In this document: in pieces, positions 16,770-26,984 of the stretch
Layout: each line of letters opens with the position of its first letter
How positions within the stretch are numbered: the stretch's first letter is position 1
From: Methanomethylovorans hollandica DSM 15978
Lineage (GTDB): Archaea; Halobacteriota; Methanosarcinia; Methanosarcinales; Methanosarcinaceae
Assembly: GCF_000328665.1 (NCBI RefSeq)
Contig: NC_019977.1
Span: 682,001-746,000 of the forward strand
DNA: 64,000 nt
Direction of reading: 5' to 3'
Program-made: the position numbers and the translations under genes
The notes under the pieces: model-generated
The model's database searches: none
What the model saw: only the letters and a program-made list of their open reading frames with translations
Told to the model about the DNA's origin: nothing

Positions 16770-18818
16770 TCATCCCACCAGTGAGTCCACAAGATTTCCA
16801 TTACTGTCATAGAGTGAAGCAGTATCTCCATCGTTATTCCAGAATGGATTCCCACTTCCCCAATATAGCTTAGTTTTAGAGTCTAATCCTTTGGAAGTAT
16901 AGATAGTAACCGTTGCACCTGATTCTAACTGGAAGTAAGGGAAAGTATATGTATGCTTATTACCTTCGTCTTTGATCTTCCAGCCTGTTAGATCCACTGT
17001 AGAAGAACCTGGATTTGTAATAATCACAAATTCATTCCTAAGATCCAGATCAGAAATGTATACAGCATCTTCTGAGGTACTTGTCGTGCTTGTTCCACTT
17101 GAGCCTGTCTTTTCAGTGGTCACTGTGTATCTGGATCCATCCGTTGTAATGGTTATCGTACCGTCGTAATCTGTTCTGTAAACGGTGGATGCACCTTGCA
17201 GTCTTTGTAGTATGTTTGCATGCGGATGTCCATAATCATTACCAGCTCCAACTTCAATAACGCTGATGTCCGGACTAACAGCCGAAATGAATTCATATCC
17301 TGAGGCAGAAGTACTTCCATGATGTCCTACTTTGAGGATATCTACGTCCACATCGTAGCCTGCAGCCATAATGTTTTCCTCGGCTTCGAGGCCAGCATCT
17401 CCCATAAGCAGGAAAGATACGTCTCCATGTGTGATCTTAAGGACCACCGAGTTCTCGTTGAGCTCTTCAGATTGTTCTTTTTTCGGATTAAGTACTCGGA
17501 TCTCTGTACCAGGAGCAAGATTGATGGTTTCCCCTCTTTCTGCCACATGGAAAAGAATGTTCTGTGCATCAATTGCCATCAACATGTTTTCATATGTCTT
17601 TGAAGTGTGTGGGTATCCCGAATCTATGAACTGGCCTACAGGATAATTATTAAGTGTTGTGAGCATTCCCCCTATATGGTCTGCGTGTGGATGAGTTGCA
17701 ACCACATAGTCCAAAGAGGAAATCTTTCGTTCCCTGAGGAATGCAGAAACTGTGTATCCCATGTTGTTTTCACCGGCATCGATCAGCATAGTTTTTCCAC
17801 CATATTCAAGTAGAATGGAATCTCCCTGGCCAACATCGATAAAGTGGACTGTTAAATTACTGTCCTGAACAGGAGAAGGAATTTGCTCAGTCGGTGTTTG
17901 TTGCGTAGGTGGCTGCTCCGGTGAATCTTTGTCTTGTGGCTTGTATATAGTACTTGCATCGATCCAACTACCTATAACGGGTGTGACTCTTGACCAACCA
18001 AGACCGATTACATCAAATCCGTTCTCTGTCTGGATTAGGAAATTATTACCAGCTGTGTTGTAAATGCCTACTTCAAAAATACCATCACCGTTCCAATCGC
18101 CTACGATCGGTTCAGTACCTGCCCATCCAAAACCCACGATTTCAGCGGAATTGGTATCAGTGTTCCACAAAGCCCAGGTACCTGCGTTGTTGTATACTCC
18201 GACCTCATCGGCTCCATCACCATTCCAGTCACCTACAACAGGAGTAACACCCGTCCATCCAAGACCTATTATATCAAATCCACTGCCTTTCTGAAGCAGG
18301 AAGTTATTACCTCTTCTATTGTATATTCCCACTTCAGTAACATCATCCCCATCCCAATCACCTACAACTGGCTCGGTGCCTACCCATCCGAAGCCCACAA
18401 TGTCAGCGGAATTGGTATCAGTGTTCCACAAAGCCCAAGTGCCTTCTGTGTTATACACACCAACCTCGTCAGCTCTATCACCATTCCAATTCCCTACTAC
18501 AGGTATCACACCTGTCCATCCTAATCCAATCACCTTGTACCCATTGGCATCTTGAATCACGAAGTTTTTTCCTGAAGGGTTGTAAACTCCTACTTCCTCT
18601 TTTCCATCACCATTCCAATCTCCTACCATTGGTTTGGTGTTTATCCATCCAAATCCAAATATAGTTGCAGTAGCCGGATCGTTTCCTACAGCCCACTGAC
18701 CGTTGTCAAATACTCCCACTTCATCTGCTGATCCAATTCCTGAAGTCATTACAATAAAAAGCAGTAATATAGACAAACAAATTAATCTATTCAGTTTGAT
18801 TTGCATTTTTAACACCAC
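16770..18818 (-). CDS. secreted FG-GAP-repeat protein with ComEC/Rec2-like metallo-beta-lactamase domain and lamin-tail domain
   Basis: GDWNGDG repeats; HFIDVGQGDS, THPHADHIGG, LMGDAG, LKVGHHGS, GNDYGHP; C-terminal lamin-tail domain. Confidence 0.9.
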   Translation of the reverse strand: MVLKMQIKLNRLICLSILLLFIVMTSGIGSADEVGVFDNGQWAVGNDPATATIFGFGWINTKPMVGDWNGDGKEEVGVYNPSGKNFVIQDANGYKVIGLGWTGVIPVVGNWNGDRADEVGVYNTEGTWALWNTDTNSADIVGFGWVGTEPVVGDWDGDDVTEVGIYNRRGNNFLLQKGSGFDIIGLGWTGVTPVVGDWNGDGADEVGVYNNAGTWALWNTDTNSAEIVGFGWAGTEPIVGDWNGDGIFEVGIYNTAGNNFLIQTENGFDVIGLGWSRVTPVIGSWIDASTIYKPQDKDSPEQPPTQQTPTEQIPSPVQDSNLTVHFIDVGQGDSILLEYGGKTMLIDAGENNMGYTVSAFLRERKISSLDYVVATHPHADHIGGMLTTLNNYPVGQFIDSGYPHTSKTYENMLMAIDAQNILFHVAERGETINLAPGTEIRVLNPKKEQSEELNENSVVLKITHGDVSFLLMGDAGLEAEENIMAAGYDVDVDILKVGHHGSTSASGYEFISAVSPDISVIEVGAGNDYGHPHANILQRLQGASTVYRTDYDGTITITTDGSRYTVTTEKTGSSGTSTTSTSEDAVYISDLDLRNEFVIITNPGSSTVDLTGWKIKDEGNKHTYTFPYFQLESGATVTIYTSKGLDSKTKLYWGSGNPFWNNDGDTASLYDSNGNLVDSLVG

Positions 18819-19601
18819 TCTATAATAATATCAAATATGATCTGGGATTGTTTTTCCTAGAATACTCAATTAGAGTTGTAAGTGAGTAGTATTTAAACTT
18901 TTTTTAAATGAAAGAGACTAATAGATATATTAAAATAGTGATTAATGTTTCTGGCTACTCAATTGATAATTATAAGTTTACAATGGATAGCATTTAATAT
19001 CTACAATATAAGAAACAAAGTTCCCCCATCATAATTCAACATTTTTCTCTGCCTGCTCTACTTTATTGAAATAATGCGCGCACCAACGTTGGCAGGTGTG
19101 CGTCCTAAATGAAGTCAGCTAAACCTTCAGTTAAGTCTTCTTTTAGTACTGTTTTTTCGGCAGCTCCTCTATTGTACTATAAAATGATAGTCCTGTACCT
19201 TACTAGAATATTGTGAACAAAACTAGGAAGCTATAGGACCGTGAATCGATATGACCTGTTAGAAGATTATTTTGTCGATAGTGAAAATGCTACTTCAAAT
19301 TTATGGTGACATAAAAAACAGAGGTTTAGTCAGAATCCTCTCTTGCAATTCACAATTATCCTCTTCTCATTCCGGTTTCTTCACAGTTTCCCACATAAAG
19401 ATGAATGTTGGCATCATATTCACTTCCACAAAGGTCACATCCTTAGTCACTAGATTCAATTTTAGTAAAAATATGTGATATCGTGCGTGATTTCAATCCT
19501 TCTTGTATGATTAAGTGAATGTAACGTTTTATTTATTCGATATGTAGAGACGTTACAACATTGCAAATAAATTTAAACTAGCAAACCTATAAGGAGTAAA
19601 C

Positions 19602-20006
19602 ATGACTTTATCAAAAACCAGCCGTCTTAAGGTGTCCACGGTATTTAAGAGGGGCACCGCACTTGAATTGAGAAGAGACGGCCACACACTACAAGAAATA
19701 GCCGATAGGTTAGAATGTTCTCGGTCATATGTATACAAACTAATATCATCATCACTTATTGAACTGTCTAAACAATCACATCAGGCAGTTGTGGAACTCA
19801 GAGAACTTGAAAGCATGCGATTAGATGCACTCTGGGAGCAAGCATACACAAAAGCCATGAATGGAGACCTGGCAGCCATAAACACATGTGTAAGGATAAG
19901 CGAACGTAGGTCCAAGTTATGGGGGTTGGATGGAGTTCAGAAACTGGAACATTCAGGCGGGGTTACAATATCGTTGCAATTGGCAGACTGTAGTAAAAGG
20001 GAGTAA
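19602..20006 (+). CDS. HTH protein resembling a phage terminase small subunit
   Basis: ALELRRDGHTLQEIADRL HTH; LRELESMRLDAL...AMNGDLAAI...ISERRSKLWGLD...KLEHSG pattern recalled from small terminases; AGGAG RBS. Confidence 0.6.
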   Translation: MTLSKTSRLKVSTVFKRGTALELRRDGHTLQEIADRLECSRSYVYKLISSSLIELSKQSHQAVVELRELESMRLDALWEQAYTKAMNGDLAAINTCVRISERRSKLWGLDGVQKLEHSGGVTISLQLADCSKRE

Positions 20007-20242
20007 CTTACACTAGGGCAGGGGCAAAATTGGGCGCATGGTGATGTTTTCACATTGGGGTTAAGGTGTTTGTACCTATTTGTGATAATATCGTGTCCAG
20101 TGGCATCCTGCGAGCTCCAAGTATAGAAGAAGTGATATATACCTTATTTTCCATGCTGTTGTCTGTGAAGATATCACTGGTTAAGTTCATTTTCAACTTA
20201 GCACAAATATTATACAAGAAGAGTGTAAAAAACAATATCAGA

Positions 20243-20279
20243 TTAGGACTATCTAAAGTTTTTTTATGGACCGGTCGGG
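20243..20279. repeat. right attachment site overlapping the tRNA-Ala 3' end
   Basis: Imperfect direct repeat of 4885-4920. Confidence 0.7.
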
Positions 20280-20338
20280 AATTGAACCCGAGGCCTCTAC
20301 CATGCCAAGGTAGCGATCTTCCCCTGATCTACCGGCCC
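20267..20338 (-). tRNA. tRNA-Ala(GGC)
   Basis: GGGCCGG...CTACC-TTGGCAT-GGTAG...GGTTCAATTCC..CCGGTCC-A; G3:U70 pair. Confidence 0.95.
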
Positions 20339-20512
20339 ATAGTGAGCAACCTAACTTTACAGCATTAAAGATAAATGTATCGGTAGAAACTTAGCGTAAA
20401 CTGGAATGTCAACAAAATTGTGTAATTTACCTAAGTTCCAAAGCGAAATGTTAAAGTACCTGTATGCGTATTTGGTGTGTCGCGTGATGCACTGTATCAT
20501 GCTTCAACAGAT

Positions 20513-20586
20513 GGGCCCGTAGCTTAGCCCGGTGGAGCGCACGGCTGATAACCGTGAGGTCCTGCGTTCGAATCGCAGCGGGCCCA
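20513..20586 (+). tRNA. tRNA-Ile(GAT)
   Basis: GGGCCCG...CACGG-CTGATAA-CCGTG...GTTCGAATC..CGGGCCC-A. Confidence 0.95.
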
Positions 20587-20856
20587 CTTTTCAAATATCT
20601 CTTTTCACTTTTTTTGAACATATTTGTTAATGGTATAGTTCTTATAAGCGAATAATCCGTCATCATTATTTTTTATGTTATTTTTTGTTCGTGAGTAAAA
20701 ACCTTTGTTTATCTGGAACCTTATCAAAAGTGCTCATAATTATGAGATTTTCATATACATTTTATATATATAACTTATTTGGATTAACCTTATTACTGAA
20801 TATTGATAATCTACAGTATAACGTTCTATAAAATAGTACTACAGTATGGTGATACT

Positions 20857-21231
20857 ATGAATAACGGAAAAACGGAAAAGATCAGTGAACGAGAACTTGA
20901 AATGGTGGAACTTTTACATAAACTGAACATGAATCGTTCAGTTGCCCTTGTTCTTGCCTGTCTCTCAACAGGTGAGGAAGTTACCTCGAGGTTAATTGAA
21001 AAGAAAGCAGGTCTCAGACAACCTGAAGTAAGCATTGCAATGAGATATCTTTGCGACAACGATTGGATAAATGTCCGTGAAGACAAGAACACAGGAGGTA
21101 AAGGCAGACCTGTGAAGCTCTACAAGCTGGTCTTTCCTCTGGAACATATCATACAGAGTATCGAAAGTGATGTGATGTATCAGAAATTGTCGGTGCTTGA
21201 AAGCATAGAAAGGCTAAAAAACCTGACATAA
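20857..21231 (+). CDS. archaeal winged-HTH transcriptional regulator
   Basis: LRQPEVSIAMR..L...W...GKGRPVKLYKL. Confidence 0.8.
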   Translation: MNNGKTEKISERELEMVELLHKLNMNRSVALVLACLSTGEEVTSRLIEKKAGLRQPEVSIAMRYLCDNDWINVREDKNTGGKGRPVKLYKLVFPLEHIIQSIESDVMYQKLSVLESIERLKNLT

Positions 21232-21396
21232 ACTTTTTAATGTCAGCATTTTTTGTATATCAAATCAGGTTTTTTAAACCTGAGGTCTCTGTTTTTCGGT
21301 GAACTCTGTTCCTTCATCGAAGATTTTATGAAACATCAGATCATGAAGTAAACTGTCTAATTATTGCAATTCAATATCATATACGGAGTTTTTTTC

Positions 21397-22638
21397 TTGG
21401 GCACTATTAGCGAGAAAATATTTAGTCGGGCATCGGGTCAAGATGCAAAAGCCGATGATTTTGTTATGGCAAAGGTAGATTATGCGATGGCACATGATGG
21501 TACGAGCATACTGGCTGTCCGTGCATTTAAAGAGATGGGAGTCCGTTCGGTGTGGGATCCATCCAGGATAGTGATACCATTTGATCATCTTGTACCTGCA
21601 AACAATGAGAGCACAGCTTCGTTGCAGTTTGATATCCGTAAATGGATCTCAGAGCAGGGAATAGAACATTTCTATGATGTCGGGAATGGTATATGCCACC
21701 AGGTATTGCCGGAACAAGGTTTTGCGCTTCCCGGTAAACTTATTGTAGGTGCGGATTCTCATTCATGTACCTATGGGGCATTCGGGGCCTTTGGTACGGG
21801 AGTCGGTGCAACTGATATGGCCGAGATATTTGCTGCCGGAGAACTTTGGTTCAAAGTTCCTCAGACAATAAAAGTTACATGTCAGGGTTCTTTGGGACAA
21901 TACATTACACCAAAGGATCTGACTCTGCACATTGTAGGCAAAGTAGGTGCTGATGGTGCGACATATAAAGCAATGGAATTCTATGGGCAGACGATCTCCG
22001 AACTTTCGATGTCTGGCAGAATGACACTCTGTAATATGGCAATAGAGATGGGTGCCAAAGCAGGCATCGTTCCTGCTGATAAGACCACTTTTGATTATCT
22101 CCGGGGCAGGGCAGTTGAGGGATATGAACCTGTATATGCAGATGAAGATGCAAGTTATGTTAAGGAATTTATAATAAATGTCTCGGATCTGGAACCCCAG
22201 GTTGCTCTCCCTCATCAGGTAGATAATGTGGTAGGTATCTCTGAAGTTCCCCAGACGAAGGTCGATCAGGTATTCATAGGCACGTGCACTAATGGAAGGC
22301 TTGAGGACCTGGACCTTGCTGCTCAGGTCCTGAAGGATGAAAAGGTGGCTGTAAGAACAATTATCATCCCGGCTTCAAGAGAAGTGATGAAAGAAGCTTC
22401 GATGAATGGCACACTTGCTATACTGCTTGAGGCAGGGGCTACTATTGGAATGCCAGGTTGTGGTCCATGTCTGGGTGGACACATGGGGGTCATAGCTAAA
22501 GATGAAGTGTGCTTGTCTACTGCTAACCGCAATTTCAGAGGACGCATGGGTGCCGGTGGTTTGATATATCTGGTATCTCCCGCGACCGCTGCAGCATCAG
22601 CAATTAATGGTTATATCACCGATCCCCGGGAAATATGA
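21397..22638 (+). CDS. homoaconitase / 3-isopropylmalate dehydratase large subunit
   Basis: [45 protein letters not shown]. Confidence 0.9.
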   Translation: MGTISEKIFSRASGQDAKADDFVMAKVDYAMAHDGTSILAVRAFKEMGVRSVWDPSRIVIPFDHLVPANNESTASLQFDIRKWISEQGIEHFYDVGNGICHQVLPEQGFALPGKLIVGADSHSCTYGAFGAFGTGVGATDMAEIFAAGELWFKVPQTIKVTCQGSLGQYITPKDLTLHIVGKVGADGATYKAMEFYGQTISELSMSGRMTLCNMAIEMGAKAGIVPADKTTFDYLRGRAVEGYEPVYADEDASYVKEFIINVSDLEPQVALPHQVDNVVGISEVPQTKVDQVFIGTCTNGRLEDLDLAAQVLKDEKVAVRTIIIPASREVMKEASMNGTLAILLEAGATIGMPGCGPCLGGHMGVIAKDEVCLSTANRNFRGRMGAGGLIYLVSPATAAASAINGYITDPREI

Positions 22639-22651
22639 AGGAAGTGATTTA

Positions 22652-22858
22652 TTGACAGAGGACATCGACAAAGATAGGATACTTCATTTGATGGAACACT
22701 GGATAGAGCACAACGAAAGCCACTTGAAAAATTTCAATGAGTGGAGCAAAAAGATCGGAGAAGCAGGGTATGAGGACGTGGCGGCAAACATCCTTGAAGC
22801 CGCCGGGAAAATGGAAGAATGTAATCAAAAGCTGCAGCAGGCAAAAGACAGTATCTGA
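22652..22858 (+). CDS. small helical protein with HWIEHNESH motif (possibly metal-binding)
   Basis: LMEHWIEHNESH..F.EW; TTG start after GGAAGTGA. Confidence 0.65.
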   Translation: MTEDIDKDRILHLMEHWIEHNESHLKNFNEWSKKIGEAGYEDVAANILEAAGKMEECNQKLQQAKDSI

Positions 22859-22922
22859 TGGAAACGTTTCTTTATCAATAATTCTGGATATGCCCGCAAC
22901 ATTGTCCTTCCATATTCTCTGT

Positions 22923-24179
22923 CTATCTGCCAAGTTCGGCATGGGCTCTGGCAAGATGGCCTGCCGCCTGAGCCGCAATGAGTGAGATCTCGCCTGCAAG
23001 AACCCCTGCAGCAACGATCTCTGCAAATTTTTTGGAATTAGAACCGGATGGTTCTCCAGGTCCATGCACACCCAGCAGATTCAGGCAATCTTTCTGGGTT
23101 CCCAGGCCGGTGCCTCCTCCGACAGTACCTACGGGCAAAGCAGGCAATGTCACTGAACAATAAAGGTCTCCATTGCTTGTTACTTCTATTGTTGTAATTG
23201 CTGTGCTCCCTTCTACTACATGGGCTGCGTCCTGTCCGCAGGCCAGGAACAATGCTGCTACTATATTGGCGGCATGAGCGTTGAAGCCTAGTGCTCCGGC
23301 ACGCGCGGACCCCAGCAGGTTCTTACGGTAATTGACATCTGCCATGGTCTTTGGATTGCATTTCAGTTTTTCAGATACTATTTTTGCCGGGATGATCGTA
23401 TCAGCTATAACTGTCTTCCCGCGTCCAAGTATTGTATTGATGGCCGCTGGCTTCTTGTCAATGCACATATTACCTGAAAGGGATACAGGTATAGCGCCAA
23501 ACTCGTCCTGTATAAAATGCGTTACAGCTTCTGTCGCAATGGTCACCATATTCATTCCCATAGCATCTTTGGTATCAAATACGAATCTTAAATATACTGT
23601 ATTTCCTGTAACGTAAGGCTCCACCGCCAATAATTTCCCGAAACGTGTGGTTTCTTCTGCCTTCTCTTTCATCTGAGCAAATATCTCAGGCATGTTGATC
23701 CAATCAATGAATACCTTCACTTGGACAACATCAGCAAGTTTGAATACAGGTGCCCTGGTCATCACATCCTGGAAGATGCGCACATTTGTCCCTCCGGAGC
23801 TGCTGATAGCTGAACATCCTCTGTTAGCGCTCGCTACTAGTGCTCCTTCAGTAGTTGCAAGGGGTAGGTAGAAATCTCCCTGGGCGAATTCACCATTGAT
23901 TTTCAGAGGGCCTGCTATCCCAAGGGGTATCTGCACAGCTCCTATCATGTTCTCTATGTTACGTTTGGTCGCTGCCTCAGCATCAAGTGTGTAATGCTGT
24001 ATATTTTCGAACCTCGTCCCAGTGATCTCTTCAAGTGCATTCCTGCGGATAGCTATCGCTGAGTCCACATCCTCAACTACTTTGTCTATGTTTCGGAATG
24101 CTATTTCTCCCGCAACTACTTTTTGCAGGACCCCTTTTTCATCGTTTTCTGTTTTTTCTTTACCCGACATGAAGGTCAC
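22923..24179 (-). CDS. hmgA: HMG-CoA reductase (NADPH, class I)
   Basis: ENMIG, PLATTEGALVAS, DAMGMNM, GQDAAH, VGTVGGGT. Confidence 0.97.
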   Translation of the reverse strand: MTFMSGKEKTENDEKGVLQKVVAGEIAFRNIDKVVEDVDSAIAIRRNALEEITGTRFENIQHYTLDAEAATKRNIENMIGAVQIPLGIAGPLKINGEFAQGDFYLPLATTEGALVASANRGCSAISSSGGTNVRIFQDVMTRAPVFKLADVVQVKVFIDWINMPEIFAQMKEKAEETTRFGKLLAVEPYVTGNTVYLRFVFDTKDAMGMNMVTIATEAVTHFIQDEFGAIPVSLSGNMCIDKKPAAINTILGRGKTVIADTIIPAKIVSEKLKCNPKTMADVNYRKNLLGSARAGALGFNAHAANIVAALFLACGQDAAHVVEGSTAITTIEVTSNGDLYCSVTLPALPVGTVGGGTGLGTQKDCLNLLGVHGPGEPSGSNSKKFAEIVAAGVLAGEISLIAAQAAGHLARAHAELGR

Positions 24180-24214
24180 CTATTATTCATTTTACTATTA
24201 TATGTGTAGTTATT

Positions 24215-24580
24215 CTACAATGTGATTATCAACTGTCCCTGCTCGCAGAATTCCAAAAAAAGGTCAGCTATTTCATTGGAGCTGATCATTTCGATTCCTG
24301 GTATCAGTTCATTTTTTTCGAGGCCTATAATGGATGCGCCTAATTCACAGCATCTAAACTTTATCCCCATATCTAAACATTCTTTGATCTTAGGGTCATA
24401 CTCTGGCAAGCCTTTTTTTCCTGATTTTGCCATTATTACTCCCATGGGTCCAAAAAGTACAACTATTACGTCTAATCCCTTTTTTTGGTAGTATCTGGCA
24501 AATCTGAGTGTTTCCTGCGGACTTGTACTTTCATAAACCATACTTTTGAGCAACAGTAGTACTTTTGTGACCTCTGGCAT
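24215..24580 (-). CDS. DsrE-family protein
   Basis: Short alpha/beta protein, V.LFGPMGV...CC..GA. Confidence 0.6.
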   Translation of the reverse strand: MPEVTKVLLLLKSMVYESTSPQETLRFARYYQKKGLDVIVVLFGPMGVIMAKSGKKGLPEYDPKIKECLDMGIKFRCCELGASIIGLEKNELIPGIEMISSNEIADLFLEFCEQGQLIITL

Positions 24581-24850
24581 TTTTCTGGTCCCACCTCGTA
24601 CTCTTCATTTCCTTTGAACAATATTAAGTCTTGCCTTCGGTAAAAAATTGTCAAAAGGATCTTATAGGGATGAATTAAATACATTACTCAAAGTACAGGT
24701 TACAATATGTAATACGACATTTGTAAAACAGCATTTTATATATTATACTAGCAATAATATATGCAATGCATTTATTGTACTGACTAGCGATGTAATTAAA
24801 AAGTTAAATATTGTGTATAAAAAATGCCTAGATTTTCATAGGTGGTATAA

Positions 24851-25579
24851 ATGGCTGACGCAGATATGAGAGAAAGGGTAAATACAGGTATTCCAGGCCT
24901 GGATGAGATGCTACGTGGAGGATACTTCAAAGGTACGGTAAATGTGGTATCGGGTGATTCAGGTACAGGTAAGACCATATTTGGAACCCAGTTCATCCTC
25001 GAAGGGGCAAAGAAAGGCGAAAAAGTGATGTGCATAATCACTTCTGAAGAATCGAAATCTATTGTCAGGGAAATGTATACTTCATTTGGTTGGAACCTAG
25101 AAGAATACGTTAATAAAGGTTTAATTGTCTTTGTCGACATCACCGATCCAAGCCTTAGATTGCAGAAAAGTGTGGAGATTGCACCATCTGAGCTTATCAA
25201 GAGTTTCAAAAAACTCGTGGAAAGCAAGATCGAAGAAATACAACCTTCTCGAATATTCATAGATTCTATCGAAGCACTATTCCTTGCAATTGAATCAAAT
25301 TACAAGCTCCGGACGCTCATAGATGATGTATTTGGCGTATTCCGCAAGCATGAAGTTACTTCTGTTATTACAGTAGGGGCTATGTACGGACTTGATTCAA
25401 TGGTGGAATATGGAGCAGACTCTGTGGTCAAACTGGGCAGGATCATTGCTGGCAACAATTTGCAGCGTTCTATCTATGTCATGAAGATGAGAGGTTCAGG
25501 CACTATCAACGAGGTTCGTGTTCTCAACATCAGTGACAGTGGCATGCAGGTTCTAGCCCAGTCTCCTTATCTGGAGTAA
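24851..25579 (+). CDS. KaiC/RAD55-family ATPase
   Basis: TGIPGLDEML.GG, GDSGTGKT, IFIDSI, VMKMRGS. Confidence 0.9.
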   Translation: MADADMRERVNTGIPGLDEMLRGGYFKGTVNVVSGDSGTGKTIFGTQFILEGAKKGEKVMCIITSEESKSIVREMYTSFGWNLEEYVNKGLIVFVDITDPSLRLQKSVEIAPSELIKSFKKLVESKIEEIQPSRIFIDSIEALFLAIESNYKLRTLIDDVFGVFRKHEVTSVITVGAMYGLDSMVEYGADSVVKLGRIIAGNNLQRSIYVMKMRGSGTINEVRVLNISDSGMQVLAQSPYLE

Positions 25580-25590
25580 TTAAAAATTCT

Positions 25591-25613
25591 TTCAGTTCTT
25601 TTTCAGAACTGAA
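25591..25613 (+). terminator. hairpin followed by T-tract after the ATPase gene
   Basis: TTCAGTTCT-TTTTC-AGAACTGAA followed by CTTTTT. Confidence 0.5.
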
Positions 25614-25629
25614 CTTTTTATATTTTTAA

Positions 25630-26978
25630 CTTCTACAGCAGAAGTCTCCTTCCTCGCCAGCCGTAAGCTGGCAGGTGGGAGATGAATGCGTACATGTCAT
25701 AACACAACATGTTTAGAGAAACATATATTTATCTATAAACCATATTATATAATATGTTAAAAGCCTACAAATTCCGAATCTACCCAACCACAAAACAAGA
25801 GGAAATAATAAAAGTTCATTTTGGTGCGTGTAGGTTTGTATATAATTGGGCTTTAGAACAGAAAATAAAAACTTATGAACAAACTAAGGAATCAATATCA
25901 AGGTTTGATTTGCAACGGATTTTAGTTCACGAAGTGAAACATTCTAATGAATGGTTGAAAGAAGCTAATTCACAGGCTCTGCTTGCCTCTTTAGTAAATG
26001 TAGAATCAGCATTTACAAAATTCTTCAGAGAGAAAGCTGGATTTCCTAAATTCAAATCTAAAAAAAACCCAGTCCAGTCTTATCAGATGCCACAACATTA
26101 CTCTGTAGATTTCGAGAAGCAAATAATTAAGATCCCAAAAATAGGAGAAGTCAAAACCATACTTCATAGAAGGTTTGAAGGTAAACTTAAAACCGCAACC
26201 ATTTCAAGGACATGTACGGAAAAATATTATATCAGTATTCTTGTCGAAGATGGAAAACAAATTCCTAGTAAGCAGAACTTTTCAGAATCAACTACAATTG
26301 GAATAGATATAGGTATCAAAGACTTTGCTGTTCTCTCAAACGGAGAAAAGTTGAAAATCCAAAGTATCTGAAGAACTCCTTACAGCGATTGAAGGTATTA
26401 CAGAAAAGAGTATCAAGGAAACAGAAAGGCTCACAGAACAGAGCAAATGCTAAACAAAGACTTGCATCACTCCATGACAAAATAGCAAATCAGAGAAACG
26501 ATTTCCAGAATAAACTCTCTTTTAGACTGATTAGCGAGAACCAAGCAATAGCTCTGGAAACTCTGAATGTTAAAGGTATGTTAAAAAATCATTGTCTTGA
26601 TCAATCAATTTCCGATGCTGGATGGCGTAGTTTTGTAACTAAACTGGAATACAAAGCTGAATGTTTTGGAAAAACCATACTCCGTATTGGACAGTTTGAG
26701 CCAAGTACAAGAATCTGTAATTTGTGTGGCTATCATAACGGAAAGCTAACACTTGCGGATAGGGAATGGACGTGTCCAGATTGCAAAACAAAGCATGACA
26801 GAGATATAAATGCTGCAATCAATATCAAGAAATTCTCTATTCAAGAGCAAAATCTTATAGTAATCTGACACCTGTGGAACGCAGGGGATGAGCTTGTGGA
26901 CTTGCGAACATTGGTTCGAAGAATGAAACAAGAAGCCTCTTCCTCGCTTTCATCAGAAAGCAGGGAGGGGTAGTTCAC
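25630..26978 (+). mobile_element. IS200/IS605-family TnpB-only element, copy 1 (1349 bp)
   Basis: Near-identical to 28181-29530; preceded by TTTAA, ends ...GTAGTTCAC; hairpins at both ends; no target duplication, no tnpA. Confidence 0.92.
25754..26868 (+). pseudogene. tnpB: tnpB, frameshifted
   Basis: GGAGAAAAGTTG near 26342 vs GGAGAAAAAGTTG in copy 2: one A missing, giving ORFs 25754-26371 and 26389-26868. Confidence 0.9.
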
Positions 26979-26984
26979 CACTAT

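Larger units (their letters stand above)
4902..20272. mobile_element. ~15.4 kb tRNA-Ala-integrated element, virus-satellite-like (PICI/P4-like) or integrative plasmid
   Basis: Flanking direct repeats; integrase at one end; regulators, primase/helicase, iterons, toxin pair, R-M remnant and TerS-like gene inside; no recognisable virion structural genes. Confidence 0.8.

Noticed and set aside
19365..19445. GCDLCGSEY zinc-ribbon-like peptide on the minus strand
   Set aside because: In-frame stop immediately upstream and no start codon; at most a remnant.
4902..20272. Complete provirus or conjugative element
   Set aside because: No recognisable capsid, portal, large terminase, tail, relaxase or VirB4/VirD4 genes between the att sites.
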